The translations under genes were made by a program, and so were the position numbers. A stretch of DNA of 62,934 nt, counting the filler, from Thraustochytrium aureum (lineage: Eukaryota): assembly GCA_012862495.1 (NCBI GenBank). It is 5 parts of 3 records of this genome, joined end to end, with 100 filler letters (N's around TTAATTAATTAA, not from the genome) between each part and the next. Parts side by side here need not be neighbours in the genome. Positions count along the whole stretch, not along the records: positions 1 to 28,518 come from BLSG01000180.1; 4 more parts are not named here. One strand, 5' to 3'. Position 1 is the stretch's first letter. Every line of letters starts with the position of its first letter. Positions 11,599-21,701 of the stretch are shown here, one piece after another. The notes beneath the pieces are model-generated. The model saw only the letters and a list, made by a program, of their open reading frames with translations. It did not search any database and was not told the DNA's origin.

Positions 11599-12438
11599 AT
11601 GGACGAAGTGCTCGGCCTCGCTGACGAGCTTGTGCTCACGCCGTACGTGTATCCTTCGAGCTGGCCCGAGGATGATTTGGTGCGGCAGAGCCTGAGCCTC
11701 TTTGCGCTCACATGCGTCGGGGGCTACGTGCTCTACCTGGGCCTGGCCTACCTGTGTTTTGAGACCATCTACGACAAAAACTTGCTCCGGCACCCCAAGA
11801 TGCAGGAAAACCAGATGTGGAAGGAGATGGCGCTGGCCTGCAAGTCGATCCCCTTCATGTCGCTGCTCAACCTGCCGTTCTTCTTGGCCGAGGTGCGCGG
11901 GCACACGAAGCTGTACGATCGGCTCGACGAAAAGTCTCTCGCCTACACCGCGCTGAGCCTGGTCTGCTTTCTCATGTTCAATGACTGCATGATTTACTGG
12001 GTGCATCGCGGCCTTCACCATCCCAAGATCTACAAGCACATCCACAAGGACCACCACAGGTGGCTGGTCTGCACGCCCTTCGCGTCGCACGCCTTCCACC
12101 CCGTGGACGGGTTCAGCCAGGGCATGGCCTACAACATTTTCGTGTTCCTCATGCCGTTCAACAAGTGGATCCACCTGTCCGCCTTTATTTTCGTCAACAT
12201 CTGGACCATCCTCATTCACAGCGGCGACGTGTTCAAATTCGTCGTGCCGAGCTTCCTGGAGGGCGTCGTCAACGGGGACGCGCACCACATCGACCACCAC
12301 CTTTACTTTAACTACAACCACGGCCAGTTCTTCACGCTCTGGGACCGGATTGGCGGCACCTACAGAGCGCCCTCGTCCTACGAGGGCAGGGGTCCCCTCG
12401 ACGAGGTTTCCAAGGCGGCCAAGACCAAGTCGCTTTAG
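11599..12438 (+). CDS. ERG3: Sterol C-5 desaturase (lathosterol oxidase)
   Basis: His boxes HRGLH, HKDHH, HHIDHH; PFASHAFHPVDG; NYNHGQFFTLWDRIGGTY; N-terminal MDEVL..AD. Confidence 0.93.
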   Translation: MDEVLGLADELVLTPYVYPSSWPEDDLVRQSLSLFALTCVGGYVLYLGLAYLCFETIYDKNLLRHPKMQENQMWKEMALACKSIPFMSLLNLPFFLAEVRGHTKLYDRLDEKSLAYTALSLVCFLMFNDCMIYWVHRGLHHPKIYKHIHKDHHRWLVCTPFASHAFHPVDGFSQGMAYNIFVFLMPFNKWIHLSAFIFVNIWTILIHSGDVFKFVVPSFLEGVVNGDAHHIDHHLYFNYNHGQFFTLWDRIGGTYRAPSSYEGRGPLDEVSKAAKTKSL

Positions 12439-12653
12439 GTAGCTAGCTCGTGTCGCCGCTGGCAGAAGACTCGCTGCGGCAGCAGCGCGGGTCCGAAACA
12501 AGCACATTTTAATTCTCTGCGTCGTTGACCGCTACAACGTGAGCGGCTACTGAAGGATATGGAACGAGCGAGCTGGCCCAGCTCTGGGCTGGCGCTCCCT
12601 CTGCTGAGAGGCCGCCTGTAACCGCACCGGCGGCCTGTTGACCCGCGCGCGAG

Positions 12654-14027
12654 TCAGGAAACTGGCGCGGGCTTCTTAAAGAACTGCATCATTGGTCGCC
12701 GCCTGCCCCGCCGCGCGTTTCCGTCTGGCACGCCTCTCTTGAGGCCAGGCCGCGCAGACTCGCACACCTCGCACTTTTCCCCTGCCTCGTCAGGGTTAAG
12801 AAAGGTGCAAACTGAGCAGGCCCACGGCCCAGCCCCAGACCCGCTCACAGAGCCGCGCGCCGAGGAGGACGAGGCGGCAACGACCGCCGCCGAGCCGGCC
12901 TCAAGGTCGTCCTGCTCTGCGTCGAGTTCTATGACGCTTCGACTTGGCACGCGGTCTTGCGCAAGAGCCCCGGCTGGGGGCTCGCCGACCACCGCTTCCC
13001 GCGTCTTCGTGTTGAAGTAAATCACAGCGTCGCACCGTGCAGAGTACACCCTGCGCCAGTCGCCGCTGTTCGGGCCCGCCTCGGCCGAGTCAGCCGGCCT
13101 GTCGTCGGGCGCTTTCTGGCGGCCCTCGGCCTTGACGCGCTTCTCAGAGAGGTTGGTCGGCTTTGCCGAGGCGGATGTGCTTGCTTTGCGTTTGGCCTTT
13201 CCTGATACGCCCTCACGCGGCGAGCTCTCTGCGGGTTCCGGTTTGCGCCAGCCCACGCGCTCGCGCACCTTGGCATGCTTGGCGAACTCGCTCTCGCGGT
13301 CCAGGATCTGGCGCACGAGGTCGCGGAACGATTGCCGAAAGCTGTCCAGGCTTTCCAGTCGATCGAGCGCCTCTGTGCGGCCACCGCCCTTGGCCCCAGT
13401 GAAGAGGCTTGGGGCGCTTTTGCTTGACTCTAACGTCTTTTCCTTGCGAAGGACCTGCTTGGCTATGCCGGCGGCCTCGCGCCGGGTAACGCCGCCGGCC
13501 TTGTCGAGCAGAGAGTTGAAAAGCAGCGCGTACTCCTTGTGCCTGAACACGAGCGTCTCCTTGGCGCCCTTCGTGGGAAGACCGAGCTCCTTGAGCATCG
13601 CGCGCAAGTCCTTGTCCTTGGTCATATGGTACACAAGGTGCGGCATCCGCTTGCTAACGCGCGGCTCGGCCGCGCTCTCGACCGGTTCTGGCGGAGCGGA
13701 GGGGACGCACTCGGCGGCCGCGCTCAAGCCCACGGCGAGCATCAGTGCGCGCCTCGCGCGCGAATAGGCCCGCACAACAGCGTCCAGGCTCTTGTTCGGG
13801 TGCAGGTCCGAGCTCGTGCAGGGCTTCCTGCAGCTCGGGCACTCGCCCTTCCGCGCAAGCGCGCGCCTGACGCACTCCGCGCAAAAGGCGTGCCCGCACG
13901 GGCTCAGCGTGCTCGCGCCGTCCAGGAGCTCTTGACAAATCGGGCACTGCATGTTCTTCTCCACGTCCTCCATGTCTGCCGCCTGCGTCCCGCGCCACAC
14001 GCGCTCGTCGGCTGCCGGAAGGTCCAT
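12654..14027 (-). CDS. RAD18: RAD18-like RING E3 ligase (RING, SAP, WW-like, NZF zinc finger)
   Basis: C3HC4 RING CPICQE...CGHAFCAECV...CPSC; KRMPHLVYHMTKDKDLRAMLKELGLPTKGAKETLVFRHKEYALLFNS matches the RAD18 SAP region; F.DLV.Q helix; C-terminal WACSVCTFLN...CEVC. Confidence 0.85.
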   Translation of the reverse strand: MDLPAADERVWRGTQAADMEDVEKNMQCPICQELLDGASTLSPCGHAFCAECVRRALARKGECPSCRKPCTSSDLHPNKSLDAVVRAYSRARRALMLAVGLSAAAECVPSAPPEPVESAAEPRVSKRMPHLVYHMTKDKDLRAMLKELGLPTKGAKETLVFRHKEYALLFNSLLDKAGGVTRREAAGIAKQVLRKEKTLESSKSAPSLFTGAKGGGRTEALDRLESLDSFRQSFRDLVRQILDRESEFAKHAKVRERVGWRKPEPAESSPREGVSGKAKRKASTSASAKPTNLSEKRVKAEGRQKAPDDRPADSAEAGPNSGDWRRVYSARCDAVIYFNTKTREAVVGEPPAGALAQDRVPSRSVIELDAEQDDLEAGSAAVVAASSSSARGSVSGSGAGPWACSVCTFLNPDEAGEKCEVCESARPGLKRGVPDGNARRGRRRPMMQFFKKPAPVS

Positions 14028-14249
14028 GGCCGCGGAACCGCGCCAAATCCGCGCCCCTGCGAGGACTCCTCCCCGAAACCAGCGCAGACCGCGCAACGAC
14101 CCGCCACAAGCGCGGCCACGAGCGCCACGCACCCGCGTCCGCCTTCCCGGCCCCGGCCCCGGCGCGCCTGCGGCAGCCCCCGCGCACCTCCCCGTTCGGG
14201 GTCTGTCTGAGCGCCTCGAGCTCTCTGTTGAGGCTTCAAAAAACAACCC

Positions 14250-14612
14250 TTGCTGGCGGAACAGTCCGTCGTTTACGGAAAGCTACTCCGTTTTCCGCGT
14301 AAACGTCCGTCTTTTAACGGAAACGTCTGTTGTTGACGGTTTAAGACCAGAAGAGCGGAAAGAACCGCAAGACAGGCGTCCGTCGTTGACCCGTCTCTCG
14401 CGGTAACAACCGCTGTTAACGGAAAGATTCCTCGCTGGCGGAAACGGGCCAGCAGCGCCAGAAAGCTCCGTCAACCGCATAAATAACCACTATCAACGGA
14501 AACATGGCTCGCCGTGGAACTCCGTACTTCGCGTGAATGTGCGTTGCGCACGGAAACAGCACGAAACAAACACAATGTAGATTCAGGTAAAACATCCGTT
14601 ACAAACGGAACT
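14250..14612. promoter_or_regulatory. Dense cluster of ACGGAA/GCGGAA/TCCGT motifs upstream of RAD18
   Basis: ACGGAA at about 14275, 14317, 14419, 14496, 14550 and 14605, plus several GCGGAA and TCCGT copies, in a stretch with lower GC than its flanks; function inferred. Confidence 0.4.
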
Positions 14613-15101
14613 TGTCGAGGAACAAAGGGAAGGCACGAATGCAGTAGAGTTCACCGCCAGCGCAGTGCAGAGAGAGAGAGCGCCTTCGGGGCAGCGACTC
14701 GCGGCGCCGGGAACAGGGCAGGCGCCNNNNNNNNNNNNNNNNNNNNNNNNNNNNNNNNNNNNNNNNNNNNNNNNNNNNNNNNNNNNNNNNNNNNNNNNNN
14801 NNNNNNNNNNNNNNNNNNNNNNNNNNNNNNNNNNNNNNNNNNNNNNNNNNNNNNNNNNNNNNNNNNNNNNNNNNNNNNNNNNNNNNNNNNNNNNNNNNNN
14901 NNNNNNNNNNNNNNNNNNNNNNNNNNNNNNNNNNNNNNNNNNNNNNNNNNNNNNNNNNNNNNNNNNNNNNNNNNNNNNNNNNNNNNNNNNNNNNNNNNNN
15001 NNNNNNNNNNNNNNNNNNNNNNNNNNNNNNNNNNNNNNNNNNNNNNNNNNNNNNNNNNNNNNNNNNNNNNNNNNNNNNNNNNNNNNNNNNNNNNNNNNNN
15101 N

Positions 15102-16626
15102 GGGCGCACGGAAGAGAAAAGGCCGGCTCGGGCTCGTTCTTGTGGAAGGCGCGAGCTGGGTGAACGTTGCAGCGATGCTCATGCACTCGTTCTGCACGGT
15201 GCTGCTGCTTGCGTTCATGAACGCGATGCAGGGCTTCTTGCTTCGGGACGTGTACGCCGTCGAGGAGGACCGGCTAGGGCGCGTCACGGGCGTGCTGGCC
15301 GTGAGCGACGAAGTTTGGAGCTTTTGCTGGCTCGGGCTCTGGGGAGTCATTAGCGACAAGTTCGGTCGCCAGGCGGTCTGCACCTTCGGGTACGCCAACG
15401 TTGCGCTGGCATTGTTCCTCATGCCGCACGGCGGGGACGTGCTCCCGGGCCTCCTGTTAATTCGTCTCGTGTTTGCCCAAGGCGCTGCTGCCCTGACGAG
15501 CATGATGACTGCGCTCATGGCAGACTTTTTAGCGCCAGAGTCTCTCGGCTCGGGCTCGGGACTGGTCGGCGCCGCATCGGGGCTCGGCGCGGTCGTGTCC
15601 GTTTTTGTGTTCGTCGGCGCGCTCCCAGGCGCAATTTGTGTCACCAACACCTACTACGTTGCCGCGGGCCTGTCGCTTGTCATGGTCTTTGTGGCCTGGT
15701 TCGGGCTCGAGTCCCCAGACACGGTCGCGCGCGACCCCGCGACAAGGCAGCGCACCAGCATGCTCAAGTCGGCGGTAAAGGCGCTCAAGCATTGCCGAGA
15801 AAACCCGCGCCTCGTCGTGGCGTACTTGTCCGGATTCAGCGCGCGCGCCGGGACGGTGGCGATCTCCGTATTCGTTTCGCTCTGGGTGGGGCAGTACTAT
15901 GTCGCCAACGACTTGTGCGGCGAATCGAGCTCGATCAACGGAACCGACCTGAACGTGTGTGGGGAGATCATCACGAACGAGGGCAAGCGGAGCTGCCCCG
16001 ACGCGTTCACGCAGACTTCAAAGGTGGGCGGAGCGACGCAGACTGTCGCGCTCGTGTCCGCGCTCCTATTTGGGTGGCTCGCCAGCGCAAAGGTTCGCGA
16101 CGCCTTGGTCGGCGTTGGCTGGAGCGCGGCGCTTGGCGCGGTCGCGTACGCATCGGTCCTCGGGCTTGCCGGCCCAGACCGGCCGCTGGTATACCTCGTT
16201 GCCGTGCTGTGGGGCCTTGCGGAGATGGCGATGGTGATATTTGCGCAAGTCCTTGTTACGCAGGAGATGAAAAGGTACGCCGACTTGACAGGGACAATCG
16301 CGGGCATCTTCAGCATGACAGGCAGCATCGGGGTCGTTACAGTGACGTTCCTCGGCGGCTTTCTCTTCGACGTGTGGCTTTCGACAGCGCCATTCGTCAT
16401 TATGAGCGCCGCGTCAGGGCTTCTCTGTTTGAGCTGCCTTTACGCTTGGGATTGGACTCGGCGAAACATGGCGGGCAAAAACGGCGCCCACGCGCGGGAC
16501 CTCCATGCCACGACGATGGGGCCAGGGCCCGAGCCTCTCCTCGAGCACCAGGCCAGGCCAACATCGTACGTAGGTGGCGCTGCAGGGCAAAGAATCTCTG
16601 GCGGCGAGGCCGTGGCCCTTGCGTGA
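15102..16626 (+). CDS. Major facilitator superfamily transporter; start in gap
   Basis: About 12 hydrophobic segments; motif A-like GVISDKFGRQ; Cys-containing loop in the C-terminal half. Confidence 0.85.
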
Positions 16627-16752
16627 TCTCTAGCTAGAGAGTTTCTCACTCGCAAGCCCGAGCCAGCGAGCCAACGCGCAGCGCTGCGTGCGCCCGGCGC
16701 GGGCGCGGGCGGCGCGCGCAAGAGGGGGAAAGTCAGAGCAGAGCACTTGTTG

Positions 16753-17646
16753 TTAGCTAGCCGAGTACTCCTTCAAGACAGTATTGGGCTGCGAGTGCCG
16801 GCGTGAATACTGCACAGCTGCCTCCATGTAGTCCTGGTGCGCGGCAATCCACGCGAGCCCCTCCGTTCGCGTCGAGCAAGGTAAAATAACAGTCCAGCCC
16901 TCAAAGTAAAACCCTTCGCACTGCACTCCGCGCGACTTGATCGCATTCGCAAGCGCGATGTTTTGTACGGTCGCCTTGACGTTCGCGGTGCTGAATGCTT
17001 TGTTAATGATGTCTGCCGTTTCGGCACTGCCTGCGCACGAAAGCATGATCGACCCTGCCGGATCGATCAAGGGCTCTATCTTTGGGGGGCGAAGGATTCT
17101 GTGAAGGCACCCGAGCTTTTGCGTGCCGAGGCCGTTGGTGATCGAATGCGGCTTTGCCAGATAGACCCAGGGCAACTCGTCGTTGAAGATGCCCTGACTC
17201 TGCAACTCGTCTGCGCTTTTGGCCCCCATAAGCTTGGTTGCGTCAAAGCATATGTTGGCCACGCGCAGTCCCTCCTCCTCGCCGACCATTCCTCGAAACA
17301 CCGAAAAGCAGATCTCGTTGCCGTGATACGCGCAAAACACAGAGTATGCGCCGAGTTGGATCTGCGAGATCTGCGACCCGAGCGTCTCCCTGGTCGCCGA
17401 ATTCAGCGCAAACAGAGCCATCGCGGCCTGGAGTGGCTTTTCATCTGCAAACACGTTGTACGCGTTTTGCTTGGCATGGCGCTCTTGCGCCTTCCATGCG
17501 TGTCCGTCTTGGTCGCGCCCGACGTTCCCAATCATGCCGACGGACATCCGTCGGATCAGAGACGACTTGTTGGAGCCATCAAAGCTGCGGTGGCGGATCA
17601 CACGTCCATTGTCGGCTGCGACAACAAACACGGACGCCAGCGGCAT
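16753..17646 (-). CDS. Hypothetical protein (about 297 aa), N-terminus longin-like
   Basis: Clean ORF MPLASVFVVAADNGRVIRHRSF... with globular composition; resembles the start of sigma/mu-adaptin longin folds. Confidence 0.6.
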   Translation of the reverse strand: MPLASVFVVAADNGRVIRHRSFDGSNKSSLIRRMSVGMIGNVGRDQDGHAWKAQERHAKQNAYNVFADEKPLQAAMALFALNSATRETLGSQISQIQLGAYSVFCAYHGNEICFSVFRGMVGEEEGLRVANICFDATKLMGAKSADELQSQGIFNDELPWVYLAKPHSITNGLGTQKLGCLHRILRPPKIEPLIDPAGSIMLSCAGSAETADIINKAFSTANVKATVQNIALANAIKSRGVQCEGFYFEGWTVILPCSTRTEGLAWIAAHQDYMEAAVQYSRRHSQPNTVLKEYSAS

Positions 17647-18488
17647 CGTTCGCTCGGAGTCTGTGCCTTGCGCGCACCCCGCAGACTCGCCCAGGATGAA
17701 GCGTCTTGTCCAGCAGTCGGTGCCAAAGCCGCGACCAGAGGTGGGCTGCCTTCCAGCGCGATCGGCTCGGCGCTCGAGCAGCGCTGTCTCGAGTCTGTCT
17801 GCCCTGGTCGGCCTTGCTGAGCAAGTAAAGCAGCAGTTGGTGCCCCAAGGCGGCGGGGCGAATGCCAATCGCGCGGTGTCCGACTCTGTCAACGGACATG
17901 TCCACTCAGAGGCACGAGGGTCTTCAGCTGTGCGTACGAGTACTTGACCACCGCTCCACACGGAACACTCTGTATACGAGGCCAATTGACATCGGTTTGC
18001 CCATGCGGCTGCCAAGCTGGGAAGGTTGGTAGGCTGCTGGTTTGCACGCTCAAGGAAAAAGACGCCAACGAACAAGTTTGCTCCCGCCCTGCTGATCAGG
18101 TCATCAAAAAAACTCCTGCCCGTTGCGGAGCCGCGCGTTTTGATGCCGAAAGATGCAAGCGCGAGCTGGCCCGAGACCGATCGTAAAGCGCTGTTTGGCA
18201 CTTGCGAAACGTTAATTTCGGTTTTGTTTTGGATTTGCATGCTCGGGTTTGGGCGATGGACAGACGGGCAGCAGGACGCGAACTAAAAAAGGCCGAAAGA
18301 AGAACGGGCGCTGGCATCGACCCTTTTCTACAAAGAATGACGTGTCGGTACGAACGAAGAAAGGCAAGGGAGATAGGAGCGCGCAGCGATCGGGTTATCG
18401 GCGCGCTTCGGAAGCTCGGAAATGGCCTCAAGCCAGAACAAGCAGAGTTTCGAAATGTAGGTCGCTGCGCAAGCAACGGACTAAACTA

Positions 18489-20293
18489 TCAGGGGAGCCC
18501 TTGGAGGGCGTTCAAAATCTCTGACTTGGGCTTGGTGTGGCGCTTTCGCTTGTGCCCGCATTCCTTGCACTCGTTCGGGNNNNNNNNNNNNNNNNNNNNN
18601 NNNNNNNNNNNNNNNNNNNNNNNNNNNNNNNNNNNNNNNNNNNNNNNNNNNNNNNNNNNNNNNNNNNNNNNNNNNNNNNNNNNNNNNNNNNNNNNNNNNN
18701 NNNNNNNNNNNNNNNNNNNNNNNNNNNNNNNNNNNNNNNNNNNNNNNNNNNNNNNNNNNNNNNNNNNNNNNNNNNNNNNNNNNNNNNNNNNNNNNNNNNN
18801 NNNNNNNNNNNNNNNNNNNNNNNNNNNNNNNNNNNNNNNNNNNNNNNNNNNNNNNNNNNNNNNNNNNNNNNNNNNNNNCCTTCTTACCATCGTCGGCTTC
18901 CTGGTCTTGCAAGTCCTCTTCGCCGTCAAAGCGGCCGAGCAGCTCGAGCTCTGCTTCTCGATCTCGCTCCTCTTGCTCGCGAAACTTCATTTCTTCCTCG
19001 GACTCGCCCTCGTACCTTGACGTCGCAACGACAGTGAACTCCCTGCCGCAGGAAAAGCTGATCACGTTGCCCCGTCCGACGCGGTTAACCAGCGTATTGA
19101 AGCCGTCGATGAAACCTGGGATAGGCGTATACTCGCGCTCCTCATCCTCGACAAAATCCATCGGACGGGCGAGCTCGCCGTGCGCGTTGCTGCCCCACGA
19201 GTAGAGGTCTCCGTCGCAAGTCATCGCAACTTCAGCAGCGCGGTCAGCCAGCATGCACTCGCCAAGCCGGGACGAAAGCAACAGCAGAGAAAGGGGGCAA
19301 GCTCTCCGGTTGCGACTTACGACAATGTGTTGGGCCGCACGAGAGTTTGATGAACAAGAGTCGCATGTCCACGCAAACCTGCGAAATCGTCGGGACTGTG
19401 CAGCAGGTGACGTCCCCCTGCGCAATTTGACCGTGGTATCCGCTGCCCCATGTATACAGCCAGCCTCCAGTGGCAAGGGGCGGGACTGCGCCAAATTGTG
19501 ACACCAGAATTGAGCCTGTCAGCGCCACTTTCGCCGCGCGCGTTGCAGCACGAGCGCGACAATGACTTACCTTGGACAATGGCTGCAGTGTGCCAGAACC
19601 CGAGCGAAACGTCAAGGACAATCGTTCCCTTGAGAGCGTCAACATAGGTCGGCTCGAGCCTATCCTTGTGGTCGCCGTGGCCGAGCCGGCCGCCGTCGCC
19701 AGAGCCCCACGTGTACAGCCCAAGGTCGGTGAGAGCCGCGCTGTGGTTTGCCGAGCATGCAATAAGGTGCACTTTGCGCTGCGATAGGGATGCGATCGCC
19801 GTTGGTTCCGGGAAGTACTTGTTGAGCGGTGGCTTGACGCCGCGGCGTTCAGTGAAGCCCAGCCCGAGCTTGCCCGAATTGGAAAACCCAAAACTGAAGG
19901 TCTGGCTGTCCTCTTCCAAAACCATCATCGAGTGCGTCTGCCCGATAGCGAGTTGCTTGACGACAGAGCCCTCGTCGAGGGTCTCGAGCATTTTCGGCTT
20001 GGTCTCGATCGTGAAGGTCCCCGTCCCAAGCTGCCCCCGCGTACCGTCACCCCACATGTATATGTCACCACTATCGCTCACGGCTGCGCAACCCAGATCG
20101 CCCGTCAGCTTCCGCAGAAAAGCGCAGTAAGGCCCACACAGCGCGCCCCGCCGCTTTGGTGCAGCCAAGAGTCAACTTACCGCCCGAGTGGTTTGGCCCA
20201 GTTGCCACGAATATGATTCCTTCGCCCTGCAGCGTCTCCAGAAGCCGCGGCTCACAGAGCCCTTCCTCGCCAGCATTGTCAATGGGTGAATCT
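18489..20293 (-). CDS. RCC1-repeat (beta-propeller) protein, at least 3 introns (20084-20180, 19486-19570, 19230-19320), probable C-terminal CxxCGH zinc-binding motif; gaps at the 5' end and internally
   Basis: Repeats YMWGDGTRGQLG, YTWGSGDGGRLGHG, YTWGSGYHGQ, YSWGSNAHGEL, SCGREFT. All three introns have GTAAGT/CTGAC/AG and restore the frame. PNECKECGHKRKRH follows the gap; its linkage to this gene is inferred. Confidence 0.88.
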
Positions 20294-21079
20294 NNNNNNN
20301 NNNNNNNNNNNNNNNNNNNNNNNNNNNNNNNNNNNNNNNNNNNNNNNNNNNNNNNNNNNNNNNNNNNNNNNNNNNNNNNNNNNNNNNNNNNNNNNNNNNN
20401 NNNNNNNNNNNNNNNNNNNNNNNNNNNNNNNNNNNNNNNNNNNNNNNNNNNNNNNNNNNNNNNNNNNNNNNNNNNNNNNNNNNNNNNNNNNNNNNNNNNN
20501 NNNNNNNNNNNNNNNNNNNNNNNNNNNNNNNNNNNNNNNNNNNNNNNNNNNNNNNNNNNNNNNNNNNNNNNNNNNNNNNNNNNNNNNNNNNNNNNNGAAG
20601 CCCCCGCCGTCGTCGGCCGCCACCTCGGCCCGTCCCCACTGCGCGAAGCCGTGCCAACGCAGCGCCAAGAAGAAGGACCTGCAAAACAGTGTGAAACCTT
20701 TTCGCGAGTACGAGCCGCAGCTCTCGCCGCACGCTTGACGCGCGCACGCAGGCCGAGCACTGCCGACCCGACCCGGATGCGAGACCGCCATCCAATTCTT
20801 GCTTGCACTGTGCGACAGACAATTCGGAAATAAATAGGCGCCAAGGTGGCGGGGCAGGGACGTTGGCCAACGGATCTATCCCATTCCGCTCGGCAGCTGT
20901 TGCTCTGGAAGATGCGCAGACTCGAGTTGCGCGACCTACCTCGCCGGGCGCCAGCCGCGCAGGTCCGCTCGCTCAGCCGCGTGGGCGGGAGGACGAAACG
21001 TGGGCCAGTTTGTTTGTTTGTTGGTCGGTCTGTTGCGCACCACGGTTCCGGACTTGGCAGGTCCCCCGGGGAAGAGGTG

Positions 21080-21595
21080 ATGGCTTCGCCGGTGTTTGCC
21101 AGACTCGAGACGCTCCAGACAGATGCCTCGCTGCTGGTCGAAGACATGGAAGGCGCCGCGAGCCCTACCGGCGACAAGTTGAGCACGATGTCAAGAAACG
21201 GCACCTCGCCCAAGGTGGCGCCAGGACCAGACCACAGCGCAAGGTATGCGCCAAACACTGAAAGGTCGACGGCTGGGCCAAAGTCGTCGCGAGCGGCTTT
21301 CTCGATTCTCTCGCCCAAATCGCGGCGGACTTCGAGCTCAAAGCCCGCGCCAACAGAAGAGGAGATTGCGAAGATGGCCTTGGAGGCAGAAAAGGTAGCC
21401 GAGATCAAAGCTCGGATCAACGCTGCCTCCAAACGCCCGGAGGCGTTCAAGGTTTTCTGCGTCGACAGCGAGGTGCTGTCTTGCTCAATCTTTTGGATTA
21501 TCTGGTGGTCCGTGACAATCTCTCTGCTTTACATGAAATTTTTTGTGGAGGTAGAGAGCGCGGCGCCTACGGATCCGGCGAGTACGAGGTTGTGA
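21080..21595 (+). CDS. Hypothetical small membrane protein
   Basis: ORF MASPVFARLE... with a disordered N-terminus, a short charged helix and one hydrophobic segment (SIFWIIWWSVTISLLYMKFFV). Confidence 0.5.
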   Translation: MASPVFARLETLQTDASLLVEDMEGAASPTGDKLSTMSRNGTSPKVAPGPDHSARYAPNTERSTAGPKSSRAAFSILSPKSRRTSSSKPAPTEEEIAKMALEAEKVAEIKARINAASKRPEAFKVFCVDSEVLSCSIFWIIWWSVTISLLYMKFFVEVESAAPTDPASTRL

Positions 21596-21701
21596 TTGAC
21601 ACGAGTGGACGCGGCATCGGAGCCAACACAAGGCAGTTTGGTAAGGCCCAGATTCCAAAGCAACCAATATTATTTCTGTGGTGGGTCGGATCCTTCCGCA
21701 T

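Noticed and set aside
9933..12438. SDR plus sterol desaturase as a sterol biosynthetic cluster
   Set aside because: Only two genes, SDR substrate unknown and no other pathway genes nearby. Adjacency is expected in a compact genome.
20597..20738. Possible 3' end of a gene after the gap
   Set aside because: Too short and featureless to assign strand or product.
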